From the NCBI GenBank assembly GCA_045106415.1, contig JBGCEP010000027.1, forward strand, positions 32,001 to 96,000: a DNA stretch of 64,000 bases, in the 5' to 3' direction. Below, in pieces: positions 39,381-48,871 of the stretch. A program made the position numbers and the translations under genes. Below the pieces are notes generated by a model. It worked only from the letters and a program-made list of their open reading frames with translations, was not told where the DNA came from and made no database searches. Position 1 is the first letter of the stretch; the number at the start of each line of letters is the position of its first letter. The stretch is from Oligoflexales bacterium (GTDB lineage Bacteria > Bdellovibrionota_B > Oligoflexia > Oligoflexales > Bog-1112).

Positions 39381-40327
39381 AAACATACTCGGGACCCCCA
39401 GAACGCTGTGATCAATGGTTAACAAAACACACTGGTCATCGACGAAGTTTTGTTCAGCGGTGGTTTCTTTCCCCCGGCGTATATGTCAATCAAAAACGCG
39501 TAAAAGCATCACATAAGCTTCAAGGTGGTTCTCAAGTTGAAATTTTCACTCAACCCAAGCTAGAAGAAACAGCTCTTCACCTTGAACCCATTCCAATGGG
39601 TCTTGATATTCTATTTGAAGACGAGCACCTTATTGTAGTCAACAAACCTTCTGGGTTATCTGTACACCCAGGAGCAGGTGCTCCAGTTCCCACACTTTTG
39701 CACGGGCTTCTTGCTCATGGGCTTCAAGGTGGAGATAGTAGCCGCCCAGGTATCGTCCACCGTCTTGACAAAGACACAACTGGAGCCATTGTTGCTGCTA
39801 AAAATGTAGACGCTCACGCCAAACTTTCCATACAGTTTGCTGAAAAGACAAACCAAAGACAATACCTCGCATTACTCGATGGAACTCTCCCCACTGATCA
39901 TATTTGCGTCGAAAACCACCTTTATAGAGACCCAAAAAATCGCCTAAAATTTTGCTGCGCTCCTGAAACAGATAAAGGCAAATGGTCTTCTTCATTTTTC
40001 CAAGTGAAGAAAACATATGCACATACGCTCAGTCTTGTTGAAGTCACTTTAAAAACAGGCAGAACTCACCAAATCCGTGTACACAGCGAACACCTAAAAG
40101 CACCCATCATCGGAGACCCTTTATATGGTCAAAGTAGAGATTATCCTCACAGTCTCCCCCAAAACCTCCGTGCACTTTTAAAACCAAACCGTCAAATGCT
40201 GCATGCTCGCACTCTCGGCTTTCAACATCCCGCAACTGGCGAGACCTTAATCTTTCACGCCGATCTCCCAAAAGACTTCAAACATCTCCTTGATCGACTT
40301 AAGCCTTTTCAGTCTGATACTGAATAA
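39347..40327 (+). CDS. rluD: RluA/RluD-family pseudouridine synthase with S4 domain
   Basis: 'VNKPSGL.VHPG', 'GIVHRLDKDTTG', 'TGRTHQIRVH', 'GDPLYG', 'QMLHA..LGF.HP'. Confidence 0.88.
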   Translation: MVGQQKRSWFIETYSGPPERCDQWLTKHTGHRRSFVQRWFLSPGVYVNQKRVKASHKLQGGSQVEIFTQPKLEETALHLEPIPMGLDILFEDEHLIVVNKPSGLSVHPGAGAPVPTLLHGLLAHGLQGGDSSRPGIVHRLDKDTTGAIVAAKNVDAHAKLSIQFAEKTNQRQYLALLDGTLPTDHICVENHLYRDPKNRLKFCCAPETDKGKWSSSFFQVKKTYAHTLSLVEVTLKTGRTHQIRVHSEHLKAPIIGDPLYGQSRDYPHSLPQNLRALLKPNRQMLHARTLGFQHPATGETLIFHADLPKDFKHLLDRLKPFQSDTE

Positions 40328-40343
40328 GGTATGAATAGAGGAC

Positions 40344-41345
40344 ATGTATCTAAAAATTAGAATTCATAGGCGAGTTATGCTGAAGTCTCCAGAAACCTCT
40401 ACACACTCAAACAAAATTATTTTTGGTCTTTTTCTTATTTTTAACCACACAGCATCGTTCGTATGCGCTGAAAGCAGCATAAAAAAATCAGAATCCACCC
40501 AATACGAAGAATCCTTTCTTTTTATAAATATCGACAAATCCCAACGCAGTGCAACCATTCAAACTCTTCCTTCTCCTGAAAATCCAAGTCACCAAGCAAC
40601 ACTGCATTCATTTACAGTATCGTTTGGCAAGTCCCAAGGAGACAAACAAAAAGAAGGTGATAATAAGACCCCTGAGGGATTATATTTTGCCCGCCCTCAT
40701 ATTTCAGGAAAAAATCTCCTCCAATCTAAATACGGGCCCCAAGCCATTCCTCTCAACTTTCCAAATCCTATTGATAAATTTCAGAAAAAAACAGGACACG
40801 GAATCTGGTTACACGGAGCTGGTGATGATCGAAGAATGGATAAAATTTTTGTCACAGAAGGGTGTGTCGCTTTCTACAATAAAGACATGATAGAAGTTAG
40901 CCAATTTATCAAACCATACCAGACCCTTGTCAGCATCAGCAAAACAGCCTCCACTGTAAACACCCAAAAAAGCATTGCCGCATTACATCAAAAAACCCTC
41001 TCTTGGCTGCATGCGTGGCGCACCCGAGATCTTGAGTCTTACTTTTCTTTTTATCACCCTGATTTCAATGGAAAAGGAAAAAATCTAAAAAAATACAAAG
41101 TTTACAAGTCTCGTGTTTTCAGATCTTACAAAAAAATAGCATTAAATATTGAAGATTTACATATCATTACACATGAAAAATACGCTATGAGTATTATGAA
41201 CCAAGACTTTCGTGGTGACCAACGCTTTACATCTGAAGGCCGAAAAGTTTTATACTGGCTGAAGACCAATGGAGTATGGCAGATTATCAGAGAGTCTTTT
41301 AATCATCGACGGTTTATACCCACTCGGTTAGAAACGTCGATATAA
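40344..41345 (+). CDS. L,D-transpeptidase-fold peptidase with C-terminal NTF2-like domain (Csd6/Pgp2/Bd1075-like)
   Basis: 'GDK..EGD.KTPEG.Y', 'LNFPN..D', 'GIWLHG', 'TEGC'; C-terminal 'W..AW...D...Y..FY..DF' and 'G.K.LY......W.I..E'. Confidence 0.8.
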   Translation: MYLKIRIHRRVMLKSPETSTHSNKIIFGLFLIFNHTASFVCAESSIKKSESTQYEESFLFINIDKSQRSATIQTLPSPENPSHQATLHSFTVSFGKSQGDKQKEGDNKTPEGLYFARPHISGKNLLQSKYGPQAIPLNFPNPIDKFQKKTGHGIWLHGAGDDRRMDKIFVTEGCVAFYNKDMIEVSQFIKPYQTLVSISKTASTVNTQKSIAALHQKTLSWLHAWRTRDLESYFSFYHPDFNGKGKNLKKYKVYKSRVFRSYKKIALNIEDLHIITHEKYAMSIMNQDFRGDQRFTSEGRKVLYWLKTNGVWQIIRESFNHRRFIPTRLETSI

Positions 41346-41386
41346 CCCATCGTTCCAGAGTTGATAAACACAAGAAGGAGAACCTA

Positions 41387-42364
41387 GTGACAGTTCAAAA
41401 AAAGTGGATCAGCCTTATAGTGCTAGGACTCACGTCCTTTGCTTATGGAAAAACTCTCTACCGCCACAACGGCGATAGTGTCACCCTTGAAAGCCTCAAC
41501 CCATCTCTGCAACAAGCTTACTATGAAGCAGAAAAAGCACACTATGACGCTTTAAGTGAAATCGCAGAGCGAGATGCATATGACCGCTACCTCAAAGACC
41601 TCTCTAAAAAGAAAAACAAAACAGTTGAGCAGGTAGAAACAGAACTTTTCGCAGCATCAGCAAGTGATGCTGATGCTAAGGCATGGTTTGATGAAAACAA
41701 ACACCGCCTAGGTGGGCGCGATTTTGATAAAATCAAAGGTGAAATCAAAACTTTTTTATCCTACCGCTTAAAAGAAGACGGTAGACATAAAATCATTGAA
41801 GATTTAAAAGAAAAAAAACAATTCTCAATGGCTTTAACAGCACCACAAAGACCTACTTTTAAAATCACAACAGATGGTTTTCCAAGCCGTGGCCCAGCAA
41901 ACGCAAAGGTCAAAATTGTCGAGTTCGCTGACTACCAGTGCCCACATTGCCAAAGAGCCGCTGAAGCTGTCAAAGACACTCTTAAAAAATTCCCTAAAAA
42001 TGTTAGTATGACTTTCTTGGACTACCCCATCAATCACTCTGGAATTTCTCGCCTTGTCGCTGAAGGTGCTGCATGTGCTCAACCTCAAGGAAAGTTCTGG
42101 GAATACCATGAGGAAGCTTTTGATAGCCAAAAAACCCTCTCAAAAGACTCACCTCTTGAAATTGCAAAAAAAGTGTCATTAGATGAGAAAAAATGGCAGC
42201 AATGCATGGATAGCGGTGAGGGTCGAAAAGTTGTCGAAGCTGGAGAAAAAGAAGCCGAACGCCTAGGCATCAGCGGAACTCCTACCATTTACATTAACGG
42301 TATTAAAATCGCAGGCTATGATCCCAAAGTGCTAGAAGAAGAGATCAGCAAAGCTTTAAAGTAA
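41387..42364 (+). CDS. DsbA/thioredoxin-family protein with N-terminal helical domain
   Basis: GTG after aaggag; 'VEFADYQCPHC', 'GTPT.YING'. Confidence 0.85.
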   Translation: MTVQKKWISLIVLGLTSFAYGKTLYRHNGDSVTLESLNPSLQQAYYEAEKAHYDALSEIAERDAYDRYLKDLSKKKNKTVEQVETELFAASASDADAKAWFDENKHRLGGRDFDKIKGEIKTFLSYRLKEDGRHKIIEDLKEKKQFSMALTAPQRPTFKITTDGFPSRGPANAKVKIVEFADYQCPHCQRAAEAVKDTLKKFPKNVSMTFLDYPINHSGISRLVAEGAACAQPQGKFWEYHEEAFDSQKTLSKDSPLEIAKKVSLDEKKWQQCMDSGEGRKVVEAGEKEAERLGISGTPTIYINGIKIAGYDPKVLEEEISKALK

Positions 42365-42388
42365 AAATTTTCTCCACACCACCTTTAT

Positions 42389-42421
42389 AGCCTCCGGCCA
42401 CAGCTGCCTGGAGGCTTTTTT
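42389..42421 (+). terminator. Rho-independent terminator
   Basis: agcctcc...ggaggct followed by a T-tract. Confidence 0.75.
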
Positions 42422-42445
42422 ATATGCCTTAGGCAAAAACGTTCT

Positions 42446-42472
42446 ATCAGCCTTTTCCTTATCGACCGATAA
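42446..42472 (+). promoter_or_regulatory. sigma28-like promoter candidate
   Basis: ATCAG-N14-ACCGATAA upstream of the FliG-domain gene; -35 element is weak. Confidence 0.4.
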
Positions 42473-42479
42473 GAATGAC

Positions 42480-44687
42480 GTGGAACTCGAAAGGCATAGA
42501 ATGAGACTTCGACGTTATAACAGCATAGCTATATGGCTCTTCTTAATTGCTATTTCTTCCAGCCGTTTGTTTGGTGCTGGAACAAAGCAAGAAGATCAGC
42601 AAATTCGACAAGAAAGTATTGCTGAAATCACAAAAACAGTCACACCACTCCTACGAAAGTATTGTAGCGATGCATGCCAACTCATTCGAGTCGATGTTGC
42701 AATCGACCACGCTCTACAAGAATCAAACGAACTTGGATTTGAAGGAGAGCAATCTCCTGAGAGTCTAGCTTATGTTGAGAAGGTTACTGTTTCCATTCAG
42801 GTAGACAGTAGAGTCACAAATTCTAACAGAGAAAGACTCGGAAAAATTCTCAATCATCACATAGAAAGCACAGGCCTACCAGCTGAAGTCAGCTGGGTTC
42901 AAATCGAACTTCCGCAAATTGGAGAATCTGCCGAGCTTGCTCAGAAACTCATCAATAAACTCCGCGCTCGAATCTCACGCTCAGTAGAAAACGTCATACA
43001 AAGCTACTGCCCTGAACAGTGCCTCTTATCAAATGTTGATGTTGATGGCCACCTTATTTCGCCAGACGAGGCCTCTGGCTTGAACCCCAGGGAAGTGATT
43101 CGCTCATCCTCAGGAAGAGGGTTTCTAAAAATTGACAGATCCAATGTTCTTATTACTATGGATAGGACACTCGGTGGAGCTGGGCGAGAACGGATTTTAA
43201 ACCTCATACAAGCTCGGACTCGATTTGTAAGCAATCTAGAAGTTGATACAAACATAACAGACTTTCCAGAGTCTCACACTGCTCGTCAAGAACGTATCAA
43301 CTCAGAAGCTGATGACCCTTATGGGCTGGAAAAACTTCGACGAGTTCTTACTTTATTCAGAGACCTTGCGGGCACGCGAGAAATTATTTCTTCTGCTAGC
43401 CATGAAAGTGAAACTGAATCCTGGATGGCTTGGCTGGGACTTCTCAGCGCAATAGCCTTAATTGGCGGCATTACCTACCAGCTCAACAATGCGAAACGTG
43501 ACGCTGCTGCGCTACTTGCTGAACCACAGACTGGGAAAAGCGAAACAGAAAACTCAGAAGTCGGTGATGAAATCCGCAAAGAGCTCAACCTAAGAATAAG
43601 AAACCAAGAAGTTCGAAAAGAACTCATAGATCTTTTCACCGAAGCCCCACGAGTTGCAAAAGAAACTTTTTCAAGGCTTCTGCAAGAAGATGGGGTGGAA
43701 GAGACTGCAAAATATGTCCACATCTTTGGAAAAATGGTCATTATGGACCTCTTGAACGATCCGAACCTACAAAGAGATCTTTATGAATTAACCGAGTATT
43801 ATCACAAATCCGATTTCGTTTTTACACTTGAAGAAGAGTGGAAGCTCTTGTCCTCGTTAAAAACACGAGTCACAGCTAGTGAAATACGTGTTCTCGCAAA
43901 AAACACAATGGATCAATTTGAATTTTTAAATCGATTAGATGCAAGTCAAATTTACAACCTTGTCGCGGATGAAAAACCGCAAGTCCAAGGTATCGTACTC
44001 ACACAAGTCGACCATAAACAACGCCGAACCGTATTCGACATGTTTAAAGGTGATGAAAAAGTTGCTCTTATGAAAGAGCTCTGTCGAGCAGATGCGATCC
44101 CTAAAGAATACCTTCAGAATGTCGCAAAAGCTCTTGGCCGAAAAGTCTTATCCAAACCAGAATTCGACACACAAAACTTAAGATCGAGTGACGTCTTACT
44201 AGATCTACTTGAAAAAGCATCTTTAAAAGAACAACGAGCCCTGATGACCAATCTCACTGAAACAAATCCTGATGCCGCACGAGCGATCAAATTAAAACTT
44301 GTTACCATCGAGATGTTACCTTTCTTAAAAGATGGACATCTCCTTGAGGTCATTATGGGCCTTGAACGTGAAGATCTCTTAACCTTCCTCAAAGGCGCAG
44401 ATGAGCACATTCTGGAGCTTCTTCTCTCACACGTACCGCAAGAACTTGCTGACAGCTGGCTAGAAGACTTAGAAAGCATTGCTTCTGTCGACGACAGTAA
44501 ATACCGCCTCGTCGAAATGATGGTCCTTGGGCGAGTCAGAAACCTCGCATCAAATGGCGCATTTAACTTGCTTGATATTAATGAGATGCTGTTCGCCGAA
44601 GCAAATGATAATTCAAATCAAGGCCCTTCACAACAGGGCCCTGATGATATGAATCTCGGCTTGAGTCCTATGAACCTTATTGCCTAA
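42480..44687 (+). CDS. Membrane-anchored FliG-domain protein (FliF-FliG fusion-like)
   Basis: Signal peptide, two repeated Cys-pair periplasmic domains, TM (aa ~315-333), FliG-M 'FEFL...DEKPQ', FliG-C 'FLKGA...WLEDLE'. ATG 42501 is an alternative start. Confidence 0.75.
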   Translation: MELERHRMRLRRYNSIAIWLFLIAISSSRLFGAGTKQEDQQIRQESIAEITKTVTPLLRKYCSDACQLIRVDVAIDHALQESNELGFEGEQSPESLAYVEKVTVSIQVDSRVTNSNRERLGKILNHHIESTGLPAEVSWVQIELPQIGESAELAQKLINKLRARISRSVENVIQSYCPEQCLLSNVDVDGHLISPDEASGLNPREVIRSSSGRGFLKIDRSNVLITMDRTLGGAGRERILNLIQARTRFVSNLEVDTNITDFPESHTARQERINSEADDPYGLEKLRRVLTLFRDLAGTREIISSASHESETESWMAWLGLLSAIALIGGITYQLNNAKRDAAALLAEPQTGKSETENSEVGDEIRKELNLRIRNQEVRKELIDLFTEAPRVAKETFSRLLQEDGVEETAKYVHIFGKMVIMDLLNDPNLQRDLYELTEYYHKSDFVFTLEEEWKLLSSLKTRVTASEIRVLAKNTMDQFEFLNRLDASQIYNLVADEKPQVQGIVLTQVDHKQRRTVFDMFKGDEKVALMKELCRADAIPKEYLQNVAKALGRKVLSKPEFDTQNLRSSDVLLDLLEKASLKEQRALMTNLTETNPDAARAIKLKLVTIEMLPFLKDGHLLEVIMGLEREDLLTFLKGADEHILELLLSHVPQELADSWLEDLESIASVDDSKYRLVEMMVLGRVRNLASNGAFNLLDINEMLFAEANDNSNQGPSQQGPDDMNLGLSPMNLIA

Positions 44688-45591
44688 GGCTCACGTCACT
44701 TTTTCGAGTTCCTTCCACAGCAATATGTGAAGGAACTTTTTGATTTTCAGTCATCTCTGTTGTATTCACATGAGACATCGCTTCTTGCAGCTGAAAATTC
44801 ACAAGAGAGCGCGGCGCCCAAAAAACTTGCGATAGCTCTTGCGCCAAGTCTCTCCTAGGATTGACATCAACAAGAGACTGCATCAATTGCGGCATAGGTA
44901 CCAATAAAGCTGCTGTAAAGAGCATTTTTTCATACTCCAACATCTCACGGTCCAATTCACCCAATTCAGGAAATTGTGAGCGCTCCGCTTCAAATACAAT
45001 TCGAGCTAAATCTCGAACCATGCTCATACGAGCATGAGCCCTGATATCTCCTTTACGGACCTGCAAAGTGTAGTGCCCCGGTTTGGTTCTTAAAACTCTC
45101 GTCAAACGATCAAAAATATCGGCCGTTTGCGTTTGAATAAAAGAAAAATAACGGAACACTTCAGGCAAGTACAAAGGCGGCGTCTGCGCTTCAGCTCTGC
45201 CTAAAAGATCATGCACAAAATTCAAAACTCTCGTCCGAGTCGGCTGTAGCTGTGAATCCACACACTCCAGAACTTTCTTTCGAATCTGTTTTTGCGCACT
45301 CAACTCTGTGTACTCATACCACGCTTCATCTAAAGTGATATGCCCCACTGCCAAGTCATGAATCAAGCCAATATCTGTGACAAGCCCATGAGCTAATTTT
45401 TCGAGAGCGAAAATAGAACGGACATTCTTTTCCCCTCGTTTCCAGTGACTACAGTCTGAGGGCGAAAAACCTAAAATCTGCCCTACTTCTTGATCATGAA
45501 CTTTGCGATCAGATCTCAAGACGAGAACCTTATGGCAAAACTTAAACAACTGCATAGAACTAGGGAACTTAACCGAACCCGTACGCCTCAT
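44677..45591 (-). CDS. XRE-like HTH fused to a degenerate ImmA/IrrE-like domain
   Basis: HTH 'DQEVGQILGFSPSDCSHWKRGEK'; 'ARMSMVRDLAR' at the HELGH position; 'EYEKMLFTAALLVP'; RBS ggagg. Confidence 0.6.
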   Translation of the reverse strand: MRRTGSVKFPSSMQLFKFCHKVLVLRSDRKVHDQEVGQILGFSPSDCSHWKRGEKNVRSIFALEKLAHGLVTDIGLIHDLAVGHITLDEAWYEYTELSAQKQIRKKVLECVDSQLQPTRTRVLNFVHDLLGRAEAQTPPLYLPEVFRYFSFIQTQTADIFDRLTRVLRTKPGHYTLQVRKGDIRAHARMSMVRDLARIVFEAERSQFPELGELDREMLEYEKMLFTAALLVPMPQLMQSLVDVNPRRDLAQELSQVFWAPRSLVNFQLQEAMSHVNTTEMTENQKVPSHIAVEGTRKSDVSLRQ

Positions 45592-45784
45592 GATCCCTCC
45601 AGAAGTGGATGAAGCAACTGCTCAACAAATACTCTAAAAATGAGAACTTACCGATCACTATAACGACCGAGACGGTATGGGTCAAGTCCGAGGGGTGACA
45701 TTTCTAACTCTTATAACTCACTGTCTTTTTATAATAATTTTCTAAATCACTAAATACGAGATGGAAGGTAAGGCTTTCTAAAGT

Positions 45785-46312
45785 CTACCGACGCTTCAAC
45801 AGTAACTTAGAAAGAGGGGTTCCAACCGTTGTATAAAAAACAAGATAATAAAAAAAATAGCTCCCTCCCCCTAAAAAAATAATATGGCCCCATGAAGACA
45901 AGTCCCATAAAAAGGCTATTTTATCTTTTATGACATGATGGTCAAAACCAGTAAAAACCCCGACCAAAAGGGTGCAAGCCCACGCTAAAAAACCTAGAAA
46001 AGCTATGAAAAAAGTATCAGTAAATAGCAAAGACAGTACATAAAAAAATCTCATTTTTTTATGTACATCTGGATCTTCATCACGAATTTTTGATTTTTTT
46101 TTGTGTAACGTTATATCTTTATCTTGCCGGCCTACAGGCTCTTCTAAAAGCTCTGGAAGTTGAAGTGATGGCTTCTGTACAGTCTGACATTGTGCAGATT
46201 TTGAGATTAAAGCAGCTCGCCCTAAACCCACGCCGGGGGACAAGGCCTTTAAGTCTTTGAGCTGCAAGGTATCCGCTCTTTGTAAGCATGATTTTTTCAA
46301 AAGACTGTTCAT
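45785..46312 (-). CDS. Hypothetical membrane protein (two C-terminal TMs, RDD-like)
   Basis: Hydrophobic segments 'LLFTDTFFIAF...' and 'YFFYYLVFY..VGTP'. Confidence 0.5.
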   Translation of the reverse strand: MNSLLKKSCLQRADTLQLKDLKALSPGVGLGRAALISKSAQCQTVQKPSLQLPELLEEPVGRQDKDITLHKKKSKIRDEDPDVHKKMRFFYVLSLLFTDTFFIAFLGFLAWACTLLVGVFTGFDHHVIKDKIAFLWDLSSWGHIIFLGGGSYFFYYLVFYTTVGTPLSKLLLKRR

Positions 46313-46325
46313 ACATTCGATTATA

Positions 46326-46652
46326 CTACGAAATCATCATAGAGTCCGTGTCGAATTCTTCAGCACTCAACTCTTGTGTCGAACGATACAGTTCTTGCTG
46401 CCTTTGGCGTGTACGCTTTTGGTCTTCTTTTGTGGGTCTTTCTTCAACACGATACGAAGAAACAACTCCCTCGATTGCTTTCATCGCAGCGTCGAAGCAC
46501 TCATCTGAAAGCTTATGCAAATCTCGTCGAAGCATTAATATTTGGGCGTTTCGAACAGATAAACGTCCCATTTCAACCCGTGTTTGCTCCACCCGATCAA
46601 AATACCAACTCAACTCATGGATGGTCGCTTTATTTTCAAAATTCGCGTACAT
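46326..46652 (-). CDS. Hypothetical helical protein
   Basis: RBS aggag before ATG; co-directional with the downstream membrane gene. Confidence 0.6.
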   Translation of the reverse strand: MYANFENKATIHELSWYFDRVEQTRVEMGRLSVRNAQILMLRRDLHKLSDECFDAAMKAIEGVVSSYRVEERPTKEDQKRTRQRQQELYRSTQELSAEEFDTDSMMIS

Positions 46653-46849
46653 GAAAGCTCCTTAATGATCCCTTCGGAACATGTCTTTGAGTTTCAATAG
46701 ATATTTTTTTCTTGTTAAGTTCTGTAAAAAAGGAAACTGTACATCTCAATTTTTTCAATTTTCTAGACTTGTTGTACAAAAGAGGCTATGTCAGAGTCCA
46801 GGCGTTCTTTTTCAAGGACTTTAATCTTCAGACCAACTTAGGAAAGAAT

Positions 46850-48286
46850 ATGCGAACTCTTTTCGTCCGAAACTCCCTCAGTGGCAAACGAGAACAAATC
46901 GTACCCATTCAACCTGGACATATTGGACTCTACGCCTGCGGCGTAACCGTCTATGACGATTGCCACATTGGGCATGCCATGCAAGCGATTTTCTTCGATG
47001 TGATGCGCCATTATCTTGAGTTCGCAGGCTATAAAGTCACCTATGTACGTAACTATACTGATGTCGATGATAAAATCATCCAACGCGCTCAAGAACGTAA
47101 CATGTCGCCAAAAGATCTCGCTGAAACCATGATCAAGTCCAGCGAAAACGACATGCTTGCATTAGGGGTTACTCCTCCAACCCACGCACCAAAAGTCTCT
47201 GAAAGCATTAACGACATTATTGAGCTCATTGAGACGCTCATTCAAAAAGACGCAGCTTATTCTGTTCAGGGTGACGTATATTACAGGGTTCGTTCTAAAA
47301 AAGACTACGGAAAACTCTCGAACCGTCACATTGATGATTTGCGGTCTGGAGCTAGAATTGCTCAAGGCGACATTAAAGAAGACCCTTTAGACTTTGCATT
47401 ATGGAAAGCTGACACAACAAAAGACGCGAGCTGGAAAAGTCCTTGGGGCCAAGGACGGCCAGGGTGGCACATTGAGTGCTCAGCAATGTCTCATAAAATT
47501 CTTGGCCCACAGTTTGATCTACACGGTGGTGGGCGAGACCTTATTTTTCCACATCATGAAAATGAAATCGCGCAATCAGAATCTGCGCATGGTTGCCAGT
47601 ACGCTAAATACTGGCTTCATTCTGGGCTTTTAACCATCCAGCATCAAAAAATGTCTAAAAGCCTTGGGAACTCAATCACAATTCAAAAATTCCTAGAACA
47701 ATGGCCCGCTGAAGTTCTAAGAATTGCTTATCTTCATAATCACTACGCTTCTAATGTTGACCTGAGTAATGAAGTCTTTTCAAGATGCTTACGAAAACTC
47801 ATTTACGCATATGAAACTCTTTGTCGCCTTCACGTATCTCTTAAAGACACCCCTAAGTCAGAAGGGTTGGCTGACACCGAAGAAGAGTTTCACAAATGCA
47901 TGAGCGATGACTTTAATACACCTGTCGCCATGAGCATTGTGAACCAATCTCTAAAATTAATAAATCGTTTACTCGCTAAAAAACCAACTCCAGAAAATAT
48001 CAAAATTCTCAGCCAGCACGCACACACCTTAAAAAGTATAGGCCAAGTTCTTGGGCTTTTCCAAGCCGAGCCACAAAGCTTTTTAAAAACCTTAAGAGCA
48101 AGGCTACTCTCTGAAATCGGCCTCCAAGAGGCTGAAATTCAAAATAAAATTTCAGAAAGAAATCAAGCGCGATCTGATAAAAATTGGGCTGAAAGCGATC
48201 GTATTCGCGATGAACTTCTTAAACACGGAATCCTTATCTGTGACCACCAAACAGGCACAACCTGGAGTGTCCAACCAGAAGAATAA
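46850..48286 (+). CDS. cysS: Cysteine--tRNA ligase
   Basis: '[13 protein letters not shown]', '[12 protein letters not shown]', 'FPHHENE', KMSKS; true start ATG 46850. Confidence 0.97.
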   Translation: MRTLFVRNSLSGKREQIVPIQPGHIGLYACGVTVYDDCHIGHAMQAIFFDVMRHYLEFAGYKVTYVRNYTDVDDKIIQRAQERNMSPKDLAETMIKSSENDMLALGVTPPTHAPKVSESINDIIELIETLIQKDAAYSVQGDVYYRVRSKKDYGKLSNRHIDDLRSGARIAQGDIKEDPLDFALWKADTTKDASWKSPWGQGRPGWHIECSAMSHKILGPQFDLHGGGRDLIFPHHENEIAQSESAHGCQYAKYWLHSGLLTIQHQKMSKSLGNSITIQKFLEQWPAEVLRIAYLHNHYASNVDLSNEVFSRCLRKLIYAYETLCRLHVSLKDTPKSEGLADTEEEFHKCMSDDFNTPVAMSIVNQSLKLINRLLAKKPTPENIKILSQHAHTLKSIGQVLGLFQAEPQSFLKTLRARLLSEIGLQEAEIQNKISERNQARSDKNWAESDRIRDELLKHGILICDHQTGTTWSVQPEE

Positions 48287-48289
48287 AAC

Positions 48290-48346
48290 TAGATGAGTCA
48301 TAAAAAAAGCCAGATGTTAAATCTGGATTTTTTTATGACTCATCTA
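48290..48346. terminator. Long near-perfect inverted repeat / bidirectional terminator between cysS and greA
   Basis: tagatgagtcataaaaaaa-g-ccagat-gttaa-atctgg-a-tttttttatgactcatcta; 25 of 26 positions pair. Confidence 0.8.
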
Positions 48347-48357
48347 AATCGTTAAAT

Positions 48358-48840
48358 TTAATAGTGTATAGAAACCACTTCAAATTCTCGAAGACCTTTC
48401 GGTGCTTTAAACTCAATAGGATCACCAATCATTCGACCCAACAGCGCTTTTGCAAGTGGAGAACTAATAGAAAGTAAGTTTCTTTCAATATCAGCCTCTA
48501 AATCACCAACAATACGATACTCTTTCTCTTCTCCTGAATCGACATCTTCTAACTTGACGTAAGCCCCAAAACGCACTTTATCGCTATTGTGCTCACCGTC
48601 AGAGTTTTCAATAACTTGCGCACGTGCAAGTTTATCTTCAAGCTCTGCAATGCGTGCCTCAATAAGCCCTTGGCGCTCACGAGCAGCATGATACTCAGCG
48701 TTTTCTTTTAAATCGCCATGTGAACGCGCTTCAGCAATAGACTCAATAACAGATGGACGATCTTCAACTTTTAACCGTTTCAACTCGACAGTCAAAACAT
48801 TATGACCCTCGCGAGTTAACGGGACAGATTCAACACTCAT
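48358..48840 (-). CDS. greA: Transcription elongation factor GreA
   Basis: 'AR.HGDLKENAEYHAARE.QG', 'IS..SPLA.AL.G'. Confidence 0.97.
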   Translation of the reverse strand: MSVESVPLTREGHNVLTVELKRLKVEDRPSVIESIAEARSHGDLKENAEYHAARERQGLIEARIAELEDKLARAQVIENSDGEHNSDKVRFGAYVKLEDVDSGEEKEYRIVGDLEADIERNLLSISSPLAKALLGRMIGDPIEFKAPKGLREFEVVSIHY

Positions 48841-48871
48841 TTTTTAAACCTCTTCAACTTTACAGCGCCCC

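Noticed and set aside
46257..46665. Several plus-strand ORFs overlapping 46326-46652
   Set aside because: The minus-strand ORF has a clear aggag RBS and operon context; the plus ORFs have none.
46712..46849. Long N-terminal extensions in the ORF track (also 11785, 14357, 33416, 61293, 61416)
   Set aside because: Longest-ORF artefacts; downstream starts have RBSs and match family N-termini.
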